Shown one piece after another: positions 38,401-51,535 of a DNA stretch of 64,000 bases; positions within the stretch are counted from its first letter, which is position 1; every line of letters begins with the position of its first letter. A model generated the notes under the pieces. That model was not told the origin of the DNA. It saw only the letters and a program-made list of their open reading frames with translations, and made no database searches. This DNA comes from Octopus bimaculoides (Eukaryota), in the NCBI RefSeq assembly GCF_001194135.2, contig NC_068999.1, forward strand, positions 31,203,719 through 31,267,718. Direction: 5' to 3'. A program made the translations under genes and the position numbers.

Positions 38401-38749
38401 CCCTGAGATGGTTCCATAGTGGCTTCCTTCCTGCAACTGTGACAATTAATCTGTGTTGCTGGACTTTCCACTGGATCACAAATAAATTTCAGAAAAGAAC
38501 TCTATTATCTGGACTGACAGAACACAGTGATATGAAATCAAATGGAGAAAAAGATGAAGTTATTTTACTATTGTGTATATTGTATGTAGTAGTGGAAGGG
38601 ATAGAATATTTGAATGTTGAGATGAAATACTGCCCTTCACTGACTTGTGGAACATCAGTACAGTAGTGTGAAGTGCAGAAGACTAGAGTATAGTAGTGTA
38701 AAGTAGAGAACTATACAACAGGGTAAAGCATGGTAGAGAATAGGGTGAC

Positions 38750-39075
38750 TAGCACTCCATTGGTTGTGATGACAAAGGTTCCAGTTGATCCAAACAACAG
38801 AACAGCCTGCTCATGAAATTAACAAGCAAGTGGTTGAGTATTCCACTAACATATGTACCCTTAACATGGTTCTCAAAGTGATTCAGCATAACACACTGAA
38901 TGGGACAAGCTTGGCTATTTGAATTACAGGTACAACTCATTTTTGCCAGCTGAGTGGGCTGGAGCAACATGAAATAAAGTGTCTTGCTCAAGGACACAAT
39001 GCATTGCTGTGAATCAAACTCATGACCTTATGATTATGAGCTGAATACCCTAACCACTAAGCCACATGCCTTCAC
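38750..39075 (-). mobile_element. tRNA-derived SINE, second family
   Basis: Minus-strand head gtggcttagtggttagg...gagtttgattc (A/B-box-like), followed by a SINE-like body tgtgtccttgagcaagacactttatttc. Confidence 0.7.
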
Positions 39076-39549
39076 ACAGAGAACAGTGTACAGTTTAGTA
39101 TACAAGCATAGAGTATAGTTTAGCAGAGTACTTTAATATGGTAAAGTACAGACTGGATTCTAGGATCCAAGGTTTCATGTTTAAAGAAGTGACTGAATGG
39201 ATAATCACAGTGACAATGATCCCAACTGGATTGTATATATAGTAATAGATATAGCTGGATGTAATACAATTTTTAATAGCAATAACAAACAATTTTTTGA
39301 TATTTAATTTCATGTCTGCACAGAAATGTATATAGGTTATACAGGTAACAGTATATTCTATTACTATAAATATAACATATATAGGCATCAGTGCTTTTGA
39401 AACTATAAATAAAGGATATATAGGCCATAGTGCATTTAATACTATAGTTATGATGTAAAGTGTTACACAGTGAACACTAGCATACCATATCGTTCTCACA
39501 ACTGAGATGCTGCTGCTTTAACTGATGCTGACATCCTATATGACATCTG

Positions 39550-39770
39550 AAGAAAGGCCACTTAACTCATTCACATGAAGTTACTTATCATTACACTCCA
39601 AATTTTGGTGCACAAACACACTATCTCCTCTTTTTGTCTCTTTTATTGCTACTACAGCAGCTTCTGCTCTTTAGAGCTGGTTGAAACATAATTTATCTGG
39701 AATTCCCTCCAATACTTTTCCTGAAGCTGTCAACTTACAACTGCTCAAGAGGAACATTAGCCATTGGTCT
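39550..39770 (+). mobile_element. L2/CR1-like LINE, 3' relic
   Basis: WNSL...FPEAVNLQLLKRNI-like C-terminus with a frameshift. Confidence 0.4.
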
Positions 39771-40638
39771 CTTTGAGATTGCTTTCAACCTTTAAAAACT
39801 AAACACATTATGTAATTTGGTTAATTTCTGTATGTCTGACAAATAACCTTTTTTGAAAAATATATCAGATTAAATCACATAAATTAATAATTCATAGAAG
39901 CTGTTAAAGAATTTCTAAAATCTCAACTGAAAGGTTTGCTTGTAGTAAACAATGACCAGTTTTATATTGAGGCTAGAAGTAGATAAGAGAATTAAATATT
40001 TTAAAGAGAGATTTATAAAATAATAATTGAATAGTGAAGATGGAATTAAAACTGAAGATAGAAATAGTTAAGAGGTTAAAATAAAATCCATATTTAGCAT
40101 GTGTTATATGATAAACCAATAACCAGAGTACCTCAAAAACAAGCAGCAATTGTAACAGCAGTGGCTACTGGTGGCATAGAAATTATAGTTACAATGATAA
40201 GTTCTGTTGTTCATAATTATATAGAGCTTATCTTTGTTTACTGATACATTAATAGATTTTTTGGAGTATAAGAATATTAAAATAAAGCTTGAAGATGAAG
40301 TCATCATCATCATCAGCATCATCATCATCATCATCATGAAATAATTATGCCAACTCAGTAATGACTGTAAACATAGAAATGTTAAGATTAATGAGGCAAG
40401 ATAATGTAATTGTAATAGAACAGAACAAAATAAATGTAACTGATATATAAATCACATGATTTTCTAAAGAATAGTACCAGGGAATGACATTGGAATTAAG
40501 GATAATAAAAGAAATTAAACATTTTTAGAAAGAACAAATGTTAGAACAAAATCTATGAAATTTGACATGGAAATACAGAATCGTCAACCAGGATATAATT
40601 AGCAATAATGGAGAAAATAATGTATGAAATACATAGAC

Positions 40639-40679
<41 letters not shown>

Positions 40680-40847
40680 TGAGGAGGGTATTGGATTTAA
40701 CCAAACCCAGGAGGATACAGGTAATACTGAGTAAGTGCTGTATACCGATTAGTTTGCCCCAGTCGTTGTATGAACAGGATTGGGGATTATAAGTCGTGTA
40801 TTAGCGTGTGTATATGTAAATATATAAAAACAAAAAGATAAAGAGAG

Positions 40848-40920
<73 letters not shown>

Positions 40921-41149
40921 CTTACACTGCCAGGAAACAAACGTCAACATTCTTTTAAACAATTTGACGCCTTACTTTTAGGACAACAATAATCTCCAAG
41001 AAAAGACCAGCAGATGATCCATCTATCTATTGCTTTATTATAAATAAATAATATCCAACAGGATCATTAAATATTTACAAAATATAATGTAATTCTGCAG
41101 ATCAGAATGGATGTATACTGTTGTCCTAATGCACTGTTGATGGTGCTTT

Positions 41150-41500
41150 GTTAACAAGATGGTAGTAAATGATGCCAAAATATGAAGAAATAGTGTGCCT
41201 GGATTAAGTGCAGAAAAGCATTTTATTTTGTCCCTAGAAGTACATCAGTAGTGACCTTCATTGAATAACAGCACATAGTTGCTATGGTGACTGACAACTC
41301 CATGGGTAAAAGATCCAGCTTCACAGACATATCTACATAGATATTCCAAAGAACCAGTACTTCTGATCTTCATTCTATTCTGTATTTGTTTTCTTTAAGT
41401 AACCAGGACAATGAAAAAAAAAGCTAATTTTGGAAGAGAAAAAGGACCAGGCTTAACCATCATCTCTTTGCAGATGATGTAAAATTATATTTTGGGAATG
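41150..41500 (+). mobile_element. LINE RT relic
   Basis: HHLFADDVKLY at about 41458-41490 contains the RT catalytic FADD motif. Confidence 0.4.
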
Positions 41501-42899
41501 GTTCCCAACTTCAGAGTCCCCTGAGTATTACTGAGGCAGCAAACTTTGCAGAGTCATTAGAGTATTTGTTCTGGCTCTTTTTTGTTCTGAGTGCAAATAT
41601 TGCCTACATGTAACAACAAACTTAACCTGTTGCCTGGTTTAAAACCACCACCTGACACCTTTGACACCTTAGCATTTGCAAGCTTTTGGACAAGGTTTCC
41701 TGTTTGAGAATAACCTTCGTGACTAAAAGATTAAAAAATTCAGTTTAGTAAGATTTAAATTTTCTTTGGACTGGAGAAAGGTAAGAAATTATTAATGAAA
41801 CAAGACAGATGGTTTAGAACTGCAAGGAATGGAGTGGATAATATGGGACTGGACAGTTTTGCATTCTACAGGTATCTGGGTAAAGATGTGTAAATGAAAA
41901 GTTACAAAACAAAAATGCTTGAATTTTTTGACAGAGCAAAAATTATTAAAAACTCAACCATTTGCGACAGATTTGCAATGCCAGCCATAATATGTGGCTC
42001 AGTGTTATTGGATTGTAGTAAGATAGATCTGTATATGACTGTAATATGAGAAATAATTTTTAAAAAATGACATATATTACACTATAAGTCTGACACTCAA
42101 CAACTGTACACTGCTTGAAGATTGAGAACCATTGAACATTAGGGAGGAATATAAGAAGCCAATTACTAATGTTGCCCAGAACCTGCCATGTGCACTTGAT
42201 AGTAAAACAGTAGCAAATTGATTATATCCAAAGTGACAAAATTCTCACGAGAAGTTGGTTTAGACTTCAAATTGTTTAAATTTGAGCCTAAAGCTGAAAT
42301 TAAAATAGACATATTGATGGCATATAGATCTACCAAGATGAAACAACCATAGTAACAATCATTTTCAAGGTCTATATTTTCATGAACTGGATGCCCCATA
42401 CATAAATGCAAGACCATTTCTGGTCTGGATTCCCGAATCTAACCTGAATAAGAGAGCAGAAGCAAAAGCATTTGCAATACAAGAAAAGGCATCATCACTA
42501 GATATGGTAAAAAGAATTTTACAATATTAATGACAAAAGTTGCCTGTGTGACTACATTTTCTTGAGAAAATGCACCACAGTGTCATGATGTCCAATACTA
42601 ACTTTGATAAAATACAACTTGGAACAATAACGTAGCAAAGCTGTTCTACATATGCCTATTCCACAAATATCAAATGTTTCAGGGAAAAAACTCTCTGGTA
42701 GACAAATGACTCTGTTTGTCTAAGATAATAGCATTATGAAAATACTATGGAACTGTAATTTACAGATAGACCACCAGGTAGTGGATAATAAGCCTTACAT
42801 TATCTCCCACGATAAAAATAGCAACAATATATTAACTTGGCAATGCCAAGTGATTTATAATGTTGTGAAGAAGTGAGGTCCAACGCTAAGACATTACAC

Positions 42900-43616
42900 T
42901 GACCTAAACAGTGAATAAAATATAATGCAAAACCAGGCTGTGGCAATGCTGTGATGCAGTACCAGGCATGAGCTATGCTCTGCTGCATTACCAGGATGTA
43001 GCAATGCCCTAATATAGTACCAGGCATTGGCTATACCTTGATGCAGTACCAGGTTAGTGGCTATGCCCTGATGTAGTACAAGGCAGTAACTCTCATGGCT
43101 TCTGATCTTAACTGATTGGAAGTTTTATGCACATGTTTTGTTTTGGTATAAAAGATGGACTACAGCAAATATTTTGCTCAATACCACAGATTTGCATGTC
43201 AGTTGTTTAACTTTAACCAATTGAGCCTGTCACTTAGTGATTGATGATATGTGCACTTCTGACCATGAGCTGGAGTAGTGGAGGAGCATCATAGCCAATG
43301 TGCTGAGAGGAATTTTGGGGGGCTTGAAAAATTCACCTTGGATCATAGGTGTTTCATTCATTATCCTTAAACAACCTTTATTCAGGGACCTTTTGAGTTG
43401 GATGACCTGAAGAAAATTCTAACTGGACCCCACCTGTAAGGTCATGCATTGTTTATCTTGATATGAGATCATCATGTCACGCACATAACGTTCTGATGCA
43501 TGTGCCTAGTGTACTCTTATCAGAAAGGTAGTCATGGGTATTTTGGGCTTCATGTATTTATATTCCAGTGTCACTTTGATGGCATGCACTGCTCTCTCAC
43601 TCAATAAAACTAATAC

Positions 43617-43695
<79 letters not shown>
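42900..43695 (+). repeat. Interspersed element with an internal ~28-bp tandem array and a (TAA)n tail; probable retroposon 3' end
   Basis: About 6 degenerate units of gatgcagtaccaggc at 42940-43085 and a terminal (TAA)n at 43615-43695. Confidence 0.45.
43615..43695. repeat. (TAA)n microsatellite
   Basis: Seen directly. Confidence 0.95.
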
Positions 43696-43860
43696 CATTT
43701 CTACTAGAGGCACAAGGCCTGAAATTTTTTGGGGGGTTGGGTAGCCAATTACATCAACCCCAAAAGGACAAAAGATAAAGTTGACCTCAGCAACATTTGA
43801 ATTCAGAACATAATGATGGGCAAAATGCCACTAAGCAATTTATCCAGAGTGTTTACAATT
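43695..43860 (+). repeat. Repeat family B
   Basis: ggcacaaggcctgaaatttt...aaagttgacctcagcaacatttgaattcagaac. Confidence 0.7.
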
Positions 43861-43969
43861 GGTATCAACCATATACACACTGATAAACATTGCAATCCCT
43901 TCTGATAAGAATATTGCCCAAAAAGAGGCAGAAAAACTACCAAAATATATCAACCTTAGTTATCATTGT

Positions 43970-44080
43970 GTCACTGCCACTGCCACCACCGCCGCCGCCG
44001 CCACCACCATCACCAACACCATCACCATCACCAACACCATCACCACCACCACCACCATCATCATCATCACCATCATTATT
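43970..44080. repeat. (CAC/CAT/CGC)n compound microsatellite
   Basis: Seen directly; it generates spurious poly-Thr, poly-Pro and poly-His ORFs. Confidence 0.9.
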
Positions 44081-44387
44081 CATTGTCCAGTCTGTTATTG
44101 CTTAGCCAGAAGTCAGCCATGATTAAGCAGATCTATGATCAAAAGTATTCCAGGCATGACTAGTCCATCTGTTTTTAGACATGGCGATTCCAGACATGAC
44201 TATTCTAGCTATTTCTAACAGGGTTAGTGATCTTCTAGAGGCTGTCTTATTGGTCATCATTTGTGCCTGCAAGTTTTGTTCGAAGCCACAGTTGAGGTGG
44301 ACTAAGTGGACTCAATTAGGACACAACAGATGCTATCCATCTTTGATAACATGTATCCCAATAAACTAAACTAATATGTTTTCTTTT

Positions 44388-44770
44388 GTTTTGTTTCAGT
44401 CATTAGACTGCAGCCATGCTGGGACACAGCCTTATGAGTGCATCAACCCCAGTACTTATTGCTTTTTTTTTTGTAGAGCCTGATCCTTTTTCTATAGGTC
44501 TCTTTTGATGAACTGCTAAGTTATGGGAGCATAAACACACCAACACTGCTTGTTATGTGGTGGGCAGGGGGACAAACACAAACACAAAGACACACACATA
44601 GATATATATATGACGGACTTCTTTCAGTTTCCATCTTCCAAATCCATTCACAAGGCTTTGGTTGGCTCGAGGTTATAGTAGTAGACACTTTCCCAAAGTG
44701 CCATGCAATGAAACTGAACCCAGAACCATGTTGCTGGGAAACAAACTTCTCACCACACAACCATGCCTCT
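44388..44770 (-). mobile_element. tRNA-derived SINE, family A
   Basis: Reverse-complement match to 1309-1777 over its full length. Confidence 0.85.
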
Positions 44771-45196
44771 GTTTATTGATGTTTGTGTTACGTTTGTTTA
44801 TGTTTGTCTAGCGTGAGTAGGAGAGACAACGTACTTAATATGGTGCTGAGTGGCTGTGTGTGCATGTGTGTGTATGTGTGTGTTTGTGTGTGCATGTGTG
44901 TGTGTTGGAATTATAAATATACTTTGAGAGACTGAAGCTTCCTGCTATGGTAAAATGGTGTTTAATGTTATTCAAGTAGTCTGCAGATATGGTAAAGTGC
45001 AACATGTGTCAATGTAAAGTGCATTAATCTGTGTTATATGAAGTTTCTTTAGTGTGTCTTCAAAAAGAATGTTGAGGAGGAGTCTTATGTGACTCTTGGT
45101 AATTTGTCTTCAGTATGTATGTATGTATGTATGTATGTATGTACGTACGCATGCATACACATATGCACACACACACACACATGCATTTGTCTGTGT

Positions 45197-45240
<44 letters not shown>

Positions 45241-45472
45241 ATGTGTATGTATGTGTGTGTTTGTGTGTGTGTGTGTGTGCATGTGCATATGTGTATATTG
45301 TTTTGTGTGGCAGAGCAAGCCACACCAGGCCCTTGATTACAAGTGATGTCTCACTCTGTAAGTCTAAATATGTCCCCCTAAGACATCATAATATATGATT
45401 AGAAGGATGTTTGGCTATTATTTCTTGTAAGTTTAGCAACCACATAGAAACCTCTTTCTTGGTTTCTTATAG

Positions 45473-45530
45473 TAGTAATTATCATGTTAAGCAACCAGCT
45501 CCTGGTGGAGGAAAATCAGAACTTTTTAAA
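45473..45530 (+). CDS. Candidate plus-strand exon (SNYHVKQPAPGGGKSELFK)
   Basis: Acceptor ctctttcttggtttcttatag| (tandem TAGTAG) and donor AAA|gtaagc. 58 nt, open in phase 2, unique sequence. Confidence 0.35.
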
Positions 45531-45814
45531 GTAAGCATTGAAGTAATAGACAAGAAAGTCAATGATCCAAGCACAAAAGAACCATATGATGTGTATAGCT
45601 TCCTACTCATTTTTACTTTTCCTGTTTCATTAGTCACTATTCTATATTTTAGGGCAGAGCAGTTATGGTCTTGATGCCCAACATGACAAAGAATAACTTG
45701 GGGCAGATTTAAATGAGAAGAAAATGTAAATAAGTGGATTAAAGCAAATGAAATTTAGTTAAAGCTGTCATTTACTCAAAGCTAAAATATAAAAAATGAT
45801 ATTGAAGACTTAAC

Positions 45815-45970
45815 TTTAGTATTTGGAATAAAATACCTTGCAGTATTTCTTCCACTTCTTTATGTTCTGAATTCAAATCCCACTGAGGTCAACTTAGCTT
45901 TTCATCTGACCAGGGTTGATGAAATATATAATCAATCAAATGATATGTAATCAACTAAATCCTCCACTTC
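45815..45970 (-). repeat. Repeat family B (runs into gap)
   Basis: ttctgaattcaaatcccactgaggtcaact matches family B in reverse. Confidence 0.7.
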
Positions 45971-46524
45971 ANNNNNNNNNNNNNNNNNNNNNNNNNNNNN
46001 NNNNNNNNNNNNNNNNNNNNNNNNNNNNNNNNNNNNNNNNNNNNNNNNNNNNNNNNNNNNNNNNNNNNNNNNNNNNNNNNNNNNNNNNNNNNNNNNNNNN
46101 NNNNNNNNNNNNNNNNNNNNNNNNNNNNNNNNNNNNNNNNNNNNNNNNNNNNNNNNNNNNNNNNNNNNNNNNNNNNNNNNNNNNNNNNNNNNNNNNNNNN
46201 NNNNNNNNNNNNNNNNNNNNNNNNNNNNNNNNNNNNNNNNNNNNNNNNNNNNNNNNNNNNNNNNNNNNNNNNNNNNNNNNNNNNNNNNNNNNNNNNNNNN
46301 NNNNNNNNNNNNNNNNNNNNNNNNNNNNNNNNNNNNNNNNNNNNNNNNNNNNNAAAAAAAAAAAAAAAAAGAAACATTGTTAACACAAGAACTGGACATA
46401 AAGCACAATAAACTGGACACTGTCCACTCTGTAGAAACACATGAAAAATATCTTCCCTTTTAGTTTATTTTATCAACTCCTTGGTAGGATTTGAATTCAG
46501 AACATAAAAGACGGGTAGAAATAT

Positions 46525-46740
46525 TGATTTCAAATTTTGGCACAAGGCCAGCAAGTTTAGGAGAGTGGGTAAGTTGATTACATTGACCCCAGTGTTCAAC
46601 TGGTACTTATTTCAGTGACCCTGAAAGGATTAAAGGCAAAGTTGACTTCAGTGGAATTTGGACTCAGAACACAAGGACAGATGAAATGCCACTAAGCATT
46701 TTGCCTGGCATATTAATGGTTCTACCAGCTCATTGCGACC
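46525..46740 (+). repeat. Repeat family B
   Basis: Full-length match to 3595-3812 and 55180-55402. Confidence 0.75.
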
Positions 46741-48109
46741 GGAAGAAATATTGCAGAGCATTTTACTTGTCCAGCACTAATAATATTCATCTTAGTGCAT
46801 CATGTATTCATCCTTTTCAAGAAGCCAGTTTCAGATTTCGCCTAAGTGTTTTCTGGGATGGAAATAGTATTTATTCTGTGTTATTCCATGTTTCAACAAA
46901 ATGAATAGTAACAACAACAGCAGCATTATTATCAACAACAACAAAAACAAGGTGAATAAAGAAATGAAATACTACAATGCAAAAAAAAAAAAAATTGCTG
47001 AACCTTTTTTCTCAACAGTAAAACATTAAATATATCTTTTGATTCTCTCAGAATGAAAGTAGAAGAGTGAAAAAGTGAGTGGACAATTGTGAAAATCAAT
47101 TTTGTTGTGATATTCCTCCCACAATCACCCCACTTTAGTTAGATTGGGAACAAATTACATTAAGTTGTATAGCTAAAGATGTCAAGTTTAATATACAGGT
47201 CTCAGAAAAATATATTTTTTCTTTAAACAAAATCTTAGATTCTTTTCAGTAATTTTGCAAATATTTTTTTCTCACAAACATCTTTTTTTAGCAATAAAAC
47301 TTGAATATTTTCACATAAATTTTGAAGGGCAAATAGAAATATATTTGTTTTGGACATAGTTTTCTGAACCTTCCATTTCTTGGTCTTATCTTAAAAATCA
47401 AAATTATTAAACTTTCAGCCATTGTACACCTCTTCCTTAAACATTTCCATCATATCATCTCACTATAGGACAATATCAGCTCACTATATTAAATCATGAA
47501 ATGCAATCCCATATTGACCATAATATATTGTTATTTCACTATATTGTATCATGAAAATTATTGCCTCTTTATATTTCTCAGTTAGATATTAAAAACATTG
47601 TTTCTCTGTTCTCAAATTAAGTGGTATCTTCTGTCAACATTTTAATATTTCATTGAAGGCCATTATCACTTTGCTATATATATTTTATCAGAAGACAGTG
47701 ATGTTAATAAATTTTATCAATGAACATAATCACCACTCTACAAATTTGAGCATTGATCATTATAATATTTTTCTTCATTTTGAAACATCATTCCTCCATA
47801 CATTTTATCATAAGACATTATCATCTTTCTCTATATATTTAATGATTAAATCATATTATTTTTGTATTATTTTAACAGAGCATTATCAATGCCATCATAT
47901 TTCATTTACAAATAATATGATTCTCTACTTATTGACAGCATTATCATTTTTAACATTTTATCAACAAACACCACAAAACATTATTATCCATTAATCTATC
48001 ACCTCAACAATATCTAAGTAGAAAATATATAATTAACACATTTTTGTAAACATTGTGTAGCTGTGTGTGTGCATTTACATGTGAAAGTTTGTGAGTCTGT
48101 AACCTTGTT

Positions 48110-48465
48110 GTTTATGTATGTATGTATAAATGTATGTATGTATAAATGTATGTATGTATAAATGTATGTATGTCTTCATGCCTGTATGTATGTATGTCTG
48201 CATGCCTGTATGTATGCATGTGTATACACTTACAACATACACATGCATTCATACACTCAGATGTATGCACATTTAAATACTTATGGTTTTCTAAAATATG
48301 CATGTACACACATGTATACATACATATATGCATAAGCAAACATACAGATGTACATATGTATATACAAACATGCATTATACATACATATATACTTACATAC
48401 ATACATACACATATGCATACATATATACATAGATACATACATACACACGTTTTTGAATACATATG
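48110..48465. repeat. Degenerate (TATG/CATA)n tract in the presumed 3' UTR
   Basis: Seen directly. Confidence 0.85.
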
Positions 48466-48485
48466 CAGTTTGAGTGAAAGCAACT

Positions 48486-48616
48486 TTACAACTCAAAACG
48501 GACATCACTCGTTCTAGAGGACTTCATGGAACAATGTCCCAAGTTCATATTCTTGCGACAGTTATTAACATGGCCATTTAGCAGCTCCACCTTTTCACCG
48601 TTTTCTTGGAACACGT
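48486..48616 (-). CDS. Probable terminal coding exon of the same gene ((D)VFQENGEKVELLNGHVNNCRKNMNLGHCSMKSSRTSDVRFEL*)
   Basis: Strong acceptor tctatctcttgttgcag|AC. Its phase-1 start matches the phase-1 end of the 56085 exon. 131 nt, ending in TAA at 48488-48486, followed by AT-rich sequence consistent with a 3' UTR. Confidence 0.6.
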
Positions 48617-48734
48617 CTGCAACAAGAGATAGAATAATTCATGGCAACACTAATAAAAGAAAACACAGACAAGAATTGTCATCAAACTGAATTTTTCAAA
48701 TAATGTAGATACACATACACAAATACACACCTAT

Positions 48735-49253
48735 AAAAAAAGGCAATCTATATATCCAACTTAATGTGGATGTATTGTTAGAGTGCCAAACACTGCATTA
48801 TTTACCCTGACAAGACTCCCTCATATGGACACATGGTGCATAAAAGCACACATATTTACATTACTGGCAGACGAGAATCATGTGCTAAGAATGTTGGAAC
48901 TGCCAACGCATGTGATTTCAATGTTGCCTGCCTCTTTAGCAGCAGATATCCAATGGCTGCATACAAGCCAAATCTCACTGCCTGTAATATAGATAAAGAA
49001 ATCTCATTTATTGCTGGCAATGAGATCTGGTTAGTATATAGTTACTGGATGTCTGCTACTGAAAAGATGGGTCATGTCAAAATCATGTGATCTGGCAGTT
49101 CTCTCACATGTAGTAGATGATTCTCATTTACCAGCAATATAAATGTGGATGCACCATGCACCTGTATGAGAGGTTGTTTCAAAATAAATAATGCAGTATT
49201 TGGTCCTCTAACAGTACATCCACATTAAGTTGGATATAAAGATTGCCTTTTGG
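48735..49253. mobile_element. Fold-back / MITE-like element with long inverted arms
   Basis: aaaaggcaatctatatatccaacttaatgtggatgtattgttagag matches the reverse complement of 49206-49251 with 2 mismatches. Imperfect symmetry continues inward to a centre near 48995. Confidence 0.75.
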
Positions 49254-49799
49254 TATTCATTCTGCTTCTGCCACTAATAATTATTTTACACACACACACA
49301 TACACATATACATACATATATGTATATAGTACATTATATATAAAGTAAACTAATTTTATTTTCATATTCATAATTAAATTATTAACTTCCTTTGTTTTGC
49401 TTCTTTTCAATCTTTATCTCTCAATTTATTTAATTTTTCAGTCTTTATTTATAAATAAATAAATAAATAGAAAAATTATTTTAGACCACAGAATAATACC
49501 ATAACCGTTTTACAATTTTTATTTCAATGTAATTCATTTATTTATTAATAATTTCTTAATTGATATTTTCAAAAATATAGAAATGCAGTTGTTTCTAATA
49601 TAAATATTATGAAGATACAATGTTGCTATTGTGTGTGTGTGTACACGTACACCCAGACACACACACACAAATACACACACACGCACACACACACAAAGGC
49701 ATTCTCCATGTGACATGAAAGGTTTTGCATTACAAAAATTCCATGTTATGATAAGGTTTTTGTGAGTTCAAAGATTTTGTAACACTGGGAGTGTCTGTA

Positions 49800-49985
49800 C
49801 ATGTCATCATCATTTAGTGTCTGCTTTCCATGCTGGCATAAGTTGGATGGTTTGACAGAAGCTAATGTGTAGTAAAGTCACATCAAGTCCCAATGTCAGC
49901 TTTGGTATAGTTTTTAATGGCTTGATGCCCTTCCTAACACCAACTGTATTACAGAATGTGCTAGGTGCTTTTTGTATAACACTGA
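49800..49985 (-). mobile_element. RTE-type 3' tail fragment
   Basis: catcatcatttagtgtctgctttccatgctggc...gatgcccttcctaacaccaac is the reverse complement of the RTE tail. Confidence 0.65.
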
Positions 49986-51289
49986 ATTATATAATCAAGA
50001 GGAGGAAGAGGAATCAGGGTGAAGGGGAGGAAGAGGAATCAGAGTGGAGGGGAGGAAGAAAAGTGTAGAGTTTCTATGATATTTTTTTGTTCTCTGGTTG
50101 TTTCAGGCTCTGAGAGAAATAGGAATAGGGTGGATGGTGATAAGTGGGAATAAGTTTGTGTTGGGTAGGTATTTAAGGTGTGAGGTGGGTTAATGCATGA
50201 GACATTCAGTCATACTGATGTGAGTAACAGAGTATGTTAAGATTCACATGGTTATATATAACTTGCTGTACCCTGGGTCAAATGTTTAACTCTACTTTGT
50301 GATGCTGAGACACAGGATCACATAGGCATACATAATCTGCTACACCTTGGGTGAGATGTTTGCCTCTACCTTTTGGTCTTGAGACACAGGAATGGGAGAC
50401 AAAGAAAAAAAACAAGCAACAAGATCAAGAAAATGTGAAGAAGTTGATAAATACAACTATTATAGCTGATAATAATCATTGTGATCATGCTAACATATAA
50501 GCAATAACAGTAATAATAATAATAATAATAATAGAAGTATTAGTAGTAGAATAATTAGTATTAGCAATAGTATTCACAGAAGCAATAACGGTAGTAATAG
50601 TAGCAGCAGCAAGGGATACTAGTGTTGAATAATTGTTAGAAACTAGTTCAATCTTAACATTTATGACATCTTAACTTTCAAATGAGATTCTTGTTTCTAG
50701 ACACTTTCCACTGTCGTACCACTGATTATGACATTAATAATATATGGTTGGTTATAACAATGACATACCCCTGGTTATAAAAATGATGTACCACTGGTTA
50801 TAGCATTTCATTGATGGAAATGTTATTTGTAAACCAGTAGAATACTGGGTAAAACGACAAGATACCATTAGCTATAACAATGGTATATCAGTAAGTAGTG
50901 CATTTGCATACTATCGGATATACTATAGAAAATACCAAACTTTACCTTAGTCAATGTATGATATAACCAGATCATAACTTGGGTATAGAAATTGTATATT
51001 ATATATCCATATCATATTTTGGTTATATGAGCATTATACTATTGATTATATCAGTAGTGTAATACTCTAGAAATGTTGGAACACGACATGGTATCGCATT
51101 AGAATAAAGAAAACATACAAATTTCATAATATTAGCCTACTGCACATCTGATAGCATACCAGTAACATACTAATAATAACTGCATATCACAGAGAGAGAG
51201 AGAGAAAATACCATGCATATCATTCAAGTATCATGTTTATGGAATGGTATAGTAGCAAACAACATGCTGACTACAGGAAAGAATTTTTA

Positions 51290-51535
51290 ATGGCAAGTCA
51301 ATGGTATACTATTGATACATTACTGGCTGGTTACAGACATACCACTGTTATACTATTCTTGTAGAACTACCATATTACTGGTCTTACATAGAAGTACCAT
51401 TGACATACCATTGATGTACCATTGACATCCTATTGACATACCACTGACACCATTTACATTCATTGACATATTATTGACATGTCATTGACATACCATTGTG
51501 ATACCATTGAAATAGCATTGACATGCCATTGGCAG
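51290..51535. repeat. 11-12-bp minisatellite (taccattgaca)n
   Basis: More than 12 degenerate units; related taccactggttata units extend back to about 50700. Confidence 0.8.

Noticed and set aside
46354-46370. Poly(A) run next to a gap
   Set aside because: It abuts an assembly gap, so it cannot be assigned to a retrocopy or transcript end.
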